Virus record (IMG/VR): IMGVR_UViG_3300045988_097193
DNA length: 33,013 nt
Direction: 5' to 3' (one strand)
From: a virus
Part shown: positions 13,008-20,699 of the stretch, one piece after another
Position numbering within the stretch: position 1 is the stretch's first letter
Layout: each line of letters begins with the position of its first letter
Notes under the pieces: model-generated
Told to the model about the DNA's origin: nothing
What the model saw: the letters and a program-made list of their open reading frames with translations, nothing else
Database searches by the model: none
Program-made: the position numbers and the translations under genes

Positions 13008-13316
13008 ATGGCATTTACTGACAATTTGCAGGCGCTTATGAGCGCAAAAGGGATATCCCGTCGAAGATTGGCGAAAGAGTGTGGGATAAGCCCCAGCGCG
13101 GTGAACAGCTGGTTCAACCGAAGCGCCGAGAACATAAGCTTGCAGACGCTCAAGAAGCTGTCAGATTACTTCGGTATAAGCATCGAAGAGCTTGTCCACG
13201 GTACGAAGACGCGGCGCGAGCTGGTATTCACGAGCGACACATACACGGAAGAGGAACTCGCGCAGATTAAGCAATTCGCGCACTTTTTAATAGGACAACG
13301 AGAAAGGAATGACTAA
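13008..13316 (+). CDS. XRE-family HTH repressor (CI-like, no S24 peptidase domain)
   Basis: ISRRRLAKECGISPSAVNSWFN...SLQTLKKLSDYFGISIEELV. Divergent from the Cro-like gene. Confidence 0.8.
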   Translation: MAFTDNLQALMSAKGISRRRLAKECGISPSAVNSWFNRSAENISLQTLKKLSDYFGISIEELVHGTKTRRELVFTSDTYTEEELAQIKQFAHFLIGQRERND

Positions 13317-13319
13317 TGA

Positions 13320-14106
13320 ATGGCATACGCAATGTACCTGCGCAAATCCCGCGCAGACGAGGAACTAGGATACGAAAACACACTTGAGAGACACGAGGAA
13401 ATGCTGCGCAACCTCGCGGCTCAGACTGGAATCCACGTAGACGAATCGCACATCTACAGGGAGATAGTCTCAGGGGAGAGCATCGAGGCACGACCACAGA
13501 TGCAAAGGCTGTTGAAGGCAGTCGAGATGGGACTTTACACGGGCGTGCTCTGCATCGAGCTTGAGCGCCTCAGCCGGGGCGACGGAGCAGACCAGCAGCG
13601 CATACTGAAGGCTTTCCAATTTTCGGACACGAAGATAATCACCTTGACCAAGACATACGACTTGGCGGGGGACGATTCATTCGATGAAGAGTTCTTCGAG
13701 TTCGGGCTTTTCATGAGCCGAAGAGAATACAAGATGATAAAAAAGCGCCTGTATCGCGGAAGGATACAAGCGCAGAAGGAAGGATATTTCATTGGGTCGC
13801 GCCCACCTTACGGGTACGACAAGAAGAGAATCGGCAAGGGCTATGTGCTGGTACCGAACGAGAACGCGGAAGTCGTGCGATATATCTTCAGAAGGTACGC
13901 GCAGCGCGAGACAGAGCATCGAGGAAAGCGAGGAAAGGCATGCGAAGGCCGTGCCGATTCTCACGAGGGTTGTCGAGGAAATGCACACCTTGGAGCCAAA
14001 GGAGCAGAACGACCTGCTCAAGATGATTGTCGATAGAATCGAATATGAAAAGACTGAGTCGGGCGCGGCGATAGAACCAACGCTCCGAATCAGTCTCAAA
14101 ATATAA
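13320..14106 (+). pseudogene. Remnant of a large serine recombinase (internal deletion plus frameshift)
   Basis: Frame 0 holds the resolvase domain (YLRKSRAD...IELERLSRGD) and the start of the recombinase domain (GSRPPYGYDK..VVRYIFRRYA), then runs into junk. The +1 frame (13792..14106) carries only a typical C-terminal tail (KEQNDLLKMIVDRIEYEK...ISLKI). There is no Zn-ribbon or coiled coil, and the total is about 260 aa versus the usual >440. Confidence 0.7.
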
Positions 14107-14116
14107 TCTTTCCACC

Positions 14117-14152
14117 ATCATGAGGGGACGCATTTATGCACCCCTCCATGAT
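14117..14152. other. 36-bp imperfect palindrome centred on TT (attP-core candidate or terminator)
   Basis: ATCATGAGGGGACGCAT-TT-ATGCACCCCTCCATGAT, 11 nt after the recombinase remnant stop. Confidence 0.4.
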
Positions 14153-14165
14153 TCCAGAGACATAA

Positions 14166-14243
14166 TTAAGGCGGATAGCTCATGGCTACCCGCCTTTTTC
14201 TTATTTAAGGCGGATAGCTCATGGCTACCCGCCTTTTTCTTAT
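14166..14243. terminator. Perfect tandem duplication (2 x 39 bp) of a hairpin terminator between convergent genes
   Basis: TTAAGGCGGATAGCTCATGGCTACCCGCCTTTTTCTTAT at 14166..14204 and again at 14205..14243. Confidence 0.8.
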
Positions 14244-14244
14244 G

Positions 14245-15999
14245 TCAGTTGACCCGCTTCCACATGAAAACAGCCAGATACGGGGGCATGTTGTTGTGCG
14301 AACCGTCCCCGCCTGCGTACACCGTCTGCACGTTCCCGCCATAGCCTTTCTTGTCCTGTGCCTGAACCGTCATATAAGGCGTCGCATTGCCCGCCGCGTT
14401 GAGGTTGCCAATCTCATGGTTATGCTTCGGCATTTCGTCAACCGTCAGCGTGTGAGCAGCTTCGCCGCCCGTGCTGCCCGCCGTATAGGTGGTATCAGCT
14501 CCAAGCAGGAACCGCCCGCCGATGCGCGCCCACGTCCCACCGAACAATGCAGCGGGATTCGCGTCGGTCACGCTCAGGTAGATTGCCCCGACCGGGTAGG
14601 CTCCCTGAGCCGTGAGCCATGCCGAATCGCCGAGCTGCAAAACGTCCGATTGGCTTGGCAGGCAATTCACGCCGACGCTGGATTTCTTGGTGTCGATGAA
14701 AAAAGACGGGATGCCCTTCCCGAGCGTGAGGTTGTAGTCGGTCGATTCCAGCTTGTCCGCGACGGTCACAACAAAGTCGTAGGCCGAATCCCTATCGCAC
14801 GTCACCGTTGATTGGATTGAATCCTCCAACTCGATTGGCGTTCCGTAGCTCGAGTCCGAGACTTTCTTGAACTTCGCCGAGATTGTCACGGCGTTCTTGC
14901 CGTTCAAATACGAGTAGCGGGCGTTCGCCGTGATGTACGTGGTCGGTTCGAAGTTGTTCAGGCGGTGAAGGTCGATGACGGCAGTCGGGGCGCTGTAATC
15001 ATCGACTGTCACCTGAACCGATTGGCTAGCGGTGAACCCACGGCTGTCCGTTGCCGTGACTGCCAGGGCTTGCGAATACGAAACGTCCACAGCACCGAGT
15101 GAGACGGCCCCCGCAGCCTTCACGGTTTTCGTCACCCCGCCGAACGCTATAGCATAGCTCGCAATAGTCGCGCCCTTCTTCGCCGTTGCTTTCGGAATCG
15201 TCACGGTCAGCGTGGAGTGGTTCTGGATGATTCGGGACTTGTCCCCAGTCACCGCAACCGTTGCCGCGTTGGTGTCCTCATACGATACGGCTCCAAGCTC
15301 GGGCGCTGCGTCAACGACGTTCATCTTCCTGTCTGCACGCGAGTAGTACGCCGTGCCGTCGATGGTCGTTTTCAGAACGTATGTGACCTTCAGCGTCGGC
15401 GAATTCTTGCTCGCGTTGCGAAGGGTCGTGCGCTCTGAATCGGTGAGCTGCATCGTGTACGAGCCACTTGCCCCGCTTATCGCGCCAGCCCTCGTGATGC
15501 TGCCGCCCTCGAACTCGATTGAAACGTCGCACTCGAAGCTCGAAGGGTTGCTGTAGGTGAGCGTCGGGTTCGTCTCGTCGGTGAAGTCGTTTGCGGTCAC
15601 GATGGTTGCGTTTCCGGCTATCCTGTCGAGCGAGATGGAGCCAGATGCCGTGATGCTCCCGACCTTCTTGCCGTCAATCGTGGCGTTGATGTTGAACGTG
15701 TCGGTAAGCTGCGCCGTCTTTGTTCCGTCCGCATCATGCGACACCCTATGGACGGTCGTGCCGAGAAGAACCGAGCCGCCCTTCTGGTTGATTGCCCCCG
15801 ACGTGTATCCCTGCGAGACACCTCCGACCGAGCAGGTGTTCGTGCGCGAAGCGATGCTCCGCGAGTACGCGGAGCCGATGACGAGCGTGTGTTTGACCGT
15901 AACATCGGAATAATTGCCAGCCGAGTTCTGAACCGCGCTCCAATCCGCCCGCAGCGTATACCCTCGGTACGCGCCTGTGATGCTGCCACTTGATGCCAT
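14245..15999 (-). CDS. Tail fibre / receptor-binding protein with a C-terminal phage tail-collar domain
   Basis: ATG 15999 follows AAAGGAGG. C-terminus reads GGEAAHTLTVDEMPKHNHE...HNNMPPYLAVFMWKR (collar/MdpB-type motif). The N-terminus recalls siphovirus DUF859-type structural proteins (from memory). Confidence 0.75.
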   Translation of the reverse strand: MASSGSITGAYRGYTLRADWSAVQNSAGNYSDVTVKHTLVIGSAYSRSIASRTNTCSVGGVSQGYTSGAINQKGGSVLLGTTVHRVSHDADGTKTAQLTDTFNINATIDGKKVGSITASGSISLDRIAGNATIVTANDFTDETNPTLTYSNPSSFECDVSIEFEGGSITRAGAISGASGSYTMQLTDSERTTLRNASKNSPTLKVTYVLKTTIDGTAYYSRADRKMNVVDAAPELGAVSYEDTNAATVAVTGDKSRIIQNHSTLTVTIPKATAKKGATIASYAIAFGGVTKTVKAAGAVSLGAVDVSYSQALAVTATDSRGFTASQSVQVTVDDYSAPTAVIDLHRLNNFEPTTYITANARYSYLNGKNAVTISAKFKKVSDSSYGTPIELEDSIQSTVTCDRDSAYDFVVTVADKLESTDYNLTLGKGIPSFFIDTKKSSVGVNCLPSQSDVLQLGDSAWLTAQGAYPVGAIYLSVTDANPAALFGGTWARIGGRFLLGADTTYTAGSTGGEAAHTLTVDEMPKHNHEIGNLNAAGNATPYMTVQAQDKKGYGGNVQTVYAGGDGSHNNMPPYLAVFMWKRVN

Positions 16000-16015
16000 T
16001 GTTTTTCCTCCTTTC

Positions 16016-17662
16016 CTATGCGAGCGCGACGAACGCGATTCCTGTGCTTGCATCCGTCTGAATCGGTACCATCTTCATCAGACCGCCGATAGCGAGCGAG
16101 CTGTTGATGTACCCGTTCGCCATATAGAACACGCCGTCCGTCACGCCGTAGGTCGGGTTTCCCTGAGCGTCGTATCCCACAAGCCCCTGCGAAGCGTTGA
16201 TTTCGATGCGCGAGCCGTCGTTGGCCCACATGCGCAGCCCGTCCTTGTCGAGCTGCCCCAGAAGCGAGCCGCCCGCCGAGCGAACCTCCATGGCCCCGTT
16301 GCCGTTTTCGGTACCTCCTAGCTTCAGCGTGCCGCCCTTGATTAAGTCAGCGACGAAGTTGATGACGTTGATGTTCTGCATGTTCATCGTGCCGTCGATA
16401 CCCCACGCGCTCTCGAAAGTCCCAGCGATGCCGTTGCGCGAGAAGGCGATGCCGTTGTCATTAATCATGATGACGTTGTGCGCGTCCTCCTTCGGCAACG
16501 AGTCCAGCACAAGGATTTTCGAGCCGTCATAGATGACGTATGAAGCGCCCATCGACTGCGTGATGCTCTGGGTCACCGTGTCGGCGACGCCCTGAATCGC
16601 ATTGTTGACCGTGCTCCGAGCGGCGCTTTGCGCAGACGATTGGAGCGACCCGGCAAGGCCGCTCAGCGTCTTTGTGAAGTTCCCGAACTCGATTTTGGTG
16701 TACTTGCCAAGAATACAGTCGTAGGTGAACCCGATGACGTTGGTCAGGATGTGAACCCCCAGCCGCTCGTCGATAACCTCCACCGTGTCACCGATGTCGG
16801 TCACGCGCTCCATATCGGCCTTGAGCGTGTAGTTGACCTTCGGCATGCAGTTCTTGTCGACGTAATCCTGCGCCTGCCGTCTCAGGTCATCGACGAGGGC
16901 CTTGCGATAGGCGGTCTCGTCGTTGCCGTAATTTTCCTTGTTGATGTCCGATTGCGAGAACGAGACGGTCTTGGTGTACGGTATGTCCCATTTCTGCTCA
17001 CTCTCGACGTATATCGAGGCGCTCGCGTCTTGGTCGTTGAGAAGGATGCCGTCCGCGCCTACTGGCAGCAGCTTCGTGACGACGCCGCTCCAATCTTCCT
17101 CGCACGTCAGTTCCTTCAGGTTCTTGCGGTACCTGACGGTCACGCCGTTGTCTGCGCCGATTGACTGGCGCAGCTCGATGCGGAAGTTGTCTCGCACCAG
17201 ATGCCCGCCCCAGCGCTCGATGACCGTCTGGATTGCCTCGTAGAGCGACTTGCGGACGCAGCGGAACGAGTCAATCGTCTGAACGTCCGAGATGGTGGCG
17301 AACTCGCTCTTCGGCTCCGTCGCTTCGTTCAGGTGGTCTAGCGCAGCGTTCGCCGTCATGTCCACGACATACGAGTCGGCGATGAGGTAGTTCTTGGAGT
17401 CATAGAACACATGCCATGCCTTGAGCGAAACCTTTGTGCTCTTCTTGGTCGGGTTCGAGATGCGGAAAGCCTGCGCACCATGCGGCGTGTCGGCTACGAT
17501 TATCCGCCCGCTCGTCAGGTAGTCGGCGTATTTGGTGCTCGCTTCAAAGTCTAGATAATAATCGCCGTTATCCTTCTTGGTCACCTTTGCCTTCGTCGGC
17601 AGAATGACTATATCTCCGTTGCCTGTGAAGCTCTTGTCGGTCGCTTCGAAAACCCTAATCAT
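16016..17662 (-). CDS. Tail-associated protein Tal (phage minor structural protein, N-terminal/prophage-tail type)
   Basis: 548 aa. The N-terminal MIRVF..TDKSFTGNGD..L.. pattern and its size and position are typical of Tal. Confidence 0.7.
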   Translation of the reverse strand: MIRVFEATDKSFTGNGDIVILPTKAKVTKKDNGDYYLDFEASTKYADYLTSGRIIVADTPHGAQAFRISNPTKKSTKVSLKAWHVFYDSKNYLIADSYVVDMTANAALDHLNEATEPKSEFATISDVQTIDSFRCVRKSLYEAIQTVIERWGGHLVRDNFRIELRQSIGADNGVTVRYRKNLKELTCEEDWSGVVTKLLPVGADGILLNDQDASASIYVESEQKWDIPYTKTVSFSQSDINKENYGNDETAYRKALVDDLRRQAQDYVDKNCMPKVNYTLKADMERVTDIGDTVEVIDERLGVHILTNVIGFTYDCILGKYTKIEFGNFTKTLSGLAGSLQSSAQSAARSTVNNAIQGVADTVTQSITQSMGASYVIYDGSKILVLDSLPKEDAHNVIMINDNGIAFSRNGIAGTFESAWGIDGTMNMQNINVINFVADLIKGGTLKLGGTENGNGAMEVRSAGGSLLGQLDKDGLRMWANDGSRIEINASQGLVGYDAQGNPTYGVTDGVFYMANGYINSSLAIGGLMKMVPIQTDASTGIAFVALA

Positions 17663-17682
17663 AGATGCACCTCCCTATATGC

Positions 17683-17710
17683 CAAGGGGGCGCATCGCTG
17701 CACCCCCTTG
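17683..17710 (-). other. Strong hairpin between the fibre cassette and Tal
   Basis: CAAGGGGG(c)GCA-tcgc-TGC(a)CCCCCTTG. No clear U tail. Confidence 0.55.
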
Positions 17711-17732
17711 AGCGTTCAATCTTTATACGGCC

Positions 17733-17852
17733 CTAAAGCTCGATGCCGTAAATGTCCTTGTAAGCCGCCTTTGTGGCTGCTTGGTACTTCTTCGGGACGC
17801 TATCAAAAGTGCGAAGCCCCTTGAAAATCAAGCGCGCGTAGATGTATCCCAT
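17733..17852 (-). CDS. 39-aa XkdX/CD1375-like small protein (below the ORF-track cutoff)
   Basis: ATG 17852 lies 8 nt after GAGGGGG. MGYIYARLIFKGLRTFDSVPKKYQAATKAAYKDIYGIEL matches the short 'I..G.(K/R)TF..VP' family that follows fibre genes in Firmicutes phages (from memory). Confidence 0.55.
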   Translation of the reverse strand: MGYIYARLIFKGLRTFDSVPKKYQAATKAAYKDIYGIEL

Positions 17853-17855
17853 GAT

Positions 17856-18176
17856 TTAAGCCCCCTCTACGATTTCCGCCACAGCTTCCTGAAGCTCGCT
17901 GATTTGCTCTGCGTTGATTTCGTCTTGCCCCTTCACGCGGTTGGTGAAATGGGCAACGACGTTCTCGCCGTCAGTCTCGGCATTCACGGAGACGGGGACT
18001 AGATGCTGCACCGTGGAGCCGTCGAACGTCGCGCCCTTCAGGTTATCCTCGGTGAACTCGGCGCGGATTGCGTCAAGCTCCGCGAAGGTTGCGACGACCG
18101 CCACGCAATCGAGTGCTGTGCTACCGTCAGTGAAACTGATGGTCTTTCCGTCTGCGAGTTTGTAAAGCTTTGACAT
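17856..18176 (-). CDS. Hypothetical fibre-associated protein (106 aa)
   Basis: SD AGGAGA; follows the fibre genes. Confidence 0.6.
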   Translation of the reverse strand: MSKLYKLADGKTISFTDGSTALDCVAVVATFAELDAIRAEFTEDNLKGATFDGSTVQHLVPVSVNAETDGENVVAHFTNRVKGQDEINAEQISELQEAVAEIVEGA

Positions 18177-18184
18177 GGTTTCTC

Positions 18185-18901
18185 CTATTTTCCTTCTAAA
18201 CCATCAGGGTCAGTATATATCCAAGATACTGTGCCGTATAGCGCGTTATTAGTTCCGGAAGGCGCAACCCCTGCGTATATGTACACATAAGGGTCATCAT
18301 AGGCTTTACCCGGAACCCAAATTTGGCCAACGTTGTTGCTTTGCCTGTGTACCAACGGGCTGTAAAAACTAGCGTCAGGTCTAAACTTTTTAGGAATTGC
18401 GCCAGTCGTCTTCAACGGCGTTCCTATGCTTACACCAGTAATGCCAGCAACTGTAAGTGCCGCAATGCCTCCTCTGGCATAGAATGCAATTTTGCCGCCA
18501 TTCTGCGCGCCATCGTATAGCAGTAAGTACGCACTCTTGGATACGGAGTTCCCGATGGTGGCAAGCTCACCCGTTACCGTCGTGGCGGTCGAATTGGAAT
18601 CTGAGATGGCATTGCCCTTGACGATGGCGCTCTTGACCTTGCGCAGAATGCCGTTGACCACCACGTAATCGCCAGCCTTGTACGCCTGCGAGGCGGTGGC
18701 AGAAGATTCCACCGCCGCGCTCGGGACGATTTGGCGCTGAAGCGAAATGCCGTCTGAGTTGTTGACGGTGTACGTGGATGTGGTGCCATCTGTGTATCTG
18801 ATTGTGTAGGTATCGACTGAGCCGGTCGTGCCGGTCTTTTCGATGCTGGCGATTCCTCGCCCGTCTTTTCCCTTGACGTTGCCGATTAGTGTCTTTGCCA
18901 T
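18185..18901 (-). CDS. Tail fibre-like protein (238 aa) sharing an N-terminal module with the adjacent gene
   Basis: KGKDGRGIASIEKTGTTGSVDTYTIRYTDGTTSTYTVNN aligns with 18906..19250. Confidence 0.6.
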   Translation of the reverse strand: MAKTLIGNVKGKDGRGIASIEKTGTTGSVDTYTIRYTDGTTSTYTVNNSDGISLQRQIVPSAAVESSATASQAYKAGDYVVVNGILRKVKSAIVKGNAISDSNSTATTVTGELATIGNSVSKSAYLLLYDGAQNGGKIAFYARGGIAALTVAGITGVSIGTPLKTTGAIPKKFRPDASFYSPLVHRQSNNVGQIWVPGKAYDDPYVYIYAGVAPSGTNNALYGTVSWIYTDPDGLEGK

Positions 18902-18905
18902 ATCA

Positions 18906-19250
18906 TCACCCCTTTGTCACATAGTATAAGTTGCCAGTCGATGAATCGTATTCGAAATCTGGCACCTTGTCCGAATCCGAATGGTACACCCAGAGGTTGC
19001 CGTCCGAATCGACCCCCATGTTGAAAAGGCCCGACACTGGAACCGATACCGTGTTCCCCGTATCGCCTTTCTCACCCTTCTCGCCGTCGCGCCCGTTCTT
19101 GACGTAGAAACTGCTCTCGGTTCCGTCCGTCATCTTGACGGTGTAAGTGTCAATCAGGCCGTCGGTCGCAGTCTTGTCGATTGACTCGATGCTCGCTCCA
19201 GCTTCTCCTTTGAGCAGCATCACCTTGACGGTCTCGTCTATCTTCGCCAT
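18906..19250 (-). CDS. Tail fibre-like protein (114 aa) with a short collagen-like G-X-Y run
   Basis: KGEAGASIESIDKTATDGLIDTYTVKMTDGTESSFYVKNGRDGEKGEKGDTG. Confidence 0.6.
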   Translation of the reverse strand: MAKIDETVKVMLLKGEAGASIESIDKTATDGLIDTYTVKMTDGTESSFYVKNGRDGEKGEKGDTGNTVSVPVSGLFNMGVDSDGNLWVYHSDSDKVPDFEYDSSTGNLYYVTKG

Positions 19251-19261
19251 TTAAACACCCC

Positions 19262-19621
19262 CTAGAAAGTAATGTCCTGCATTATCTCGATAACGCCGCG
19301 CATGACCGTGAAGACGTCGCCGTTGCAGCCGATTTCAAAATCGTAGAAGTATTTCCCGGGCTTCGCGCTGGCCGTGTCGCCCGGAGCGACCCGCACGGTG
19401 TACGCGCCCGGCCCCACTTTGGAAACGCCGTCCGAAAGCGACTTTCGAAAAAGGAATCGGTTGTCGCTGCGGTTGGATTTGCAGGTGAAGTAGGCCCGCT
19501 CCAAATCCTGCCCGAAAGGCGCTCCCTCTTCGTCGTAAATCTGAATCCCGAAGGAAAGGGTATCCCCGCGCGTCATTCGGATGTACTTGTCTTCCATCGA
19601 AAAATTCGTCCGCACCATCAT
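19262..19621 (-). CDS. Hypothetical tail/baseplate-associated protein (~119 aa)
   Basis: Overlaps the Dit stop. Beta-rich, with YFYDFEIGCNGDVFTVMRGVIEIMQDITF. Start at 19621 or 19618. Confidence 0.55.
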   Translation of the reverse strand: MMVRTNFSMEDKYIRMTRGDTLSFGIQIYDEEGAPFGQDLERAYFTCKSNRSDNRFLFRKSLSDGVSKVGPGAYTVRVAPGDTASAKPGKYFYDFEIGCNGDVFTVMRGVIEIMQDITF

Positions 19622-20688
19622 AACCACCTCGAAAAGTCTTCAACCTTGATTCCGGTAACGTCACCGTTCCATGACAGGACGTTCTCGCCGACGTTCAGGC
19701 GCAGGTAGGAGTAATCGCCCGTGACTCTCCGATTCATCAGGGCGTCGCCATGGTATGCGTTCATCTCCTCAGCGTCTATCGTGATGCTGCCGCTATCGAT
19801 TGAGAACGACAGCACGGTGACCGCGTTGATTGCAAGCTCGACGTTCCCGCTCCCGTAGACGGTGACGGTCGGCCTTGAGATGACGTTCCCGCGATTCGTC
19901 AGCGCGATTCGGTTGAAGCTGTCGCTCGCCATTGTGACGCTCAGCGTGAAGTCTACCGAAGTTCCGGCCTTCACGTCGAGCCACAGCGCGTCGTACTCGG
20001 CGTTCGAGTCAGCCGTTGCGGTTATCGTAGAATCGCCGTCGCTCTTCAGCTCCATGTACGAGCCGCCGAAAGACTTAGACGGTGAGCCGTCGATGAGCCT
20101 TAGCGCGCACCCGGCAGCGCTGCCGATAGCCGAAGCGGTCATGGTGTAGCTTCCAGAAAGCGACAAGCTCTCGACTGGAACCTCAATATCGACATCGCTC
20201 GTCGCATTTCCGGCTACCCTGATGCTGTCGTTGCTCGAAGTGACCGTTATGCCGAACCTGCTGACCGTCGAATCACAGACGTGCAGGAGTTGGTTCACGA
20301 TGTCGAAAGTCCTGTCCACCGCGTCATACTTGAAGGGCTGCACGTGCATCTTCACCTTCGCCGTTCGGAACCGTATCAGGCGCTCGAAGTCGATTTGGTC
20401 GAAAATCTGGTAGCGGTAGTACTTGTCAGGCTCGTTGCCGAAAACGACCTCCCCCTCGGAATCGAAGAAGGCGATTGCATCGTCGATGTCGAAGTCACCG
20501 TGAAGGCCGATGCTCACCTCCTTGTCATAGGCGGAATAGCCCAGCTTCGTGACGACATCCCCGTCGCGCCCGTCGATTGTCTCAATGGACGTGCGCATTT
20601 TCGGCTTGCTGATTGGCGGGAGGGACTGGATTATCAGTCCCTTGACGCTCGTGCTCTTCTCACCGTTCAGCTCGATGTAATTAATCAC
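19618..20688 (-). CDS. Distal tail protein Dit (siphovirus tail family)
   Basis: Follows the tape measure. N-terminus reads GLIIQSLPPISKPKMRTSIETIDGRDGDV. Confidence 0.75.
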   Translation of the reverse strand: MINYIELNGEKSTSVKGLIIQSLPPISKPKMRTSIETIDGRDGDVVTKLGYSAYDKEVSIGLHGDFDIDDAIAFFDSEGEVVFGNEPDKYYRYQIFDQIDFERLIRFRTAKVKMHVQPFKYDAVDRTFDIVNQLLHVCDSTVSRFGITVTSSNDSIRVAGNATSDVDIEVPVESLSLSGSYTMTASAIGSAAGCALRLIDGSPSKSFGGSYMELKSDGDSTITATADSNAEYDALWLDVKAGTSVDFTLSVTMASDSFNRIALTNRGNVISRPTVTVYGSGNVELAINAVTVLSFSIDSGSITIDAEEMNAYHGDALMNRRVTGDYSYLRLNVGENVLSWNGDVTGIKVEDFSRWL

Positions 20689-20699
20689 ATAAACACCTC

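Noticed and set aside
13792-14106. 104-aa plus-strand ORF as an independent gene.
   Set aside because: Only its last ~60 residues look like protein, namely the C-terminal tail of a large serine recombinase. The N-terminal part overlaps the recombinase frame and has no SD. It is treated as part of the recombinase pseudogene.
14166-14243. Tandem 39-bp repeats as a possible mini-CRISPR array.
   Set aside because: There are only two units, directly abutting with no spacer. Each unit is a hairpin plus T-tract, i.e. a duplicated terminator.
18906-19250. Collagen-like protein as a possible host-mimicry or adhesin factor.
   Set aside because: It has only about four G-X-Y triplets. Short collagen-like runs are common trimerisation elements in phage fibres, so it is kept as a fibre component.
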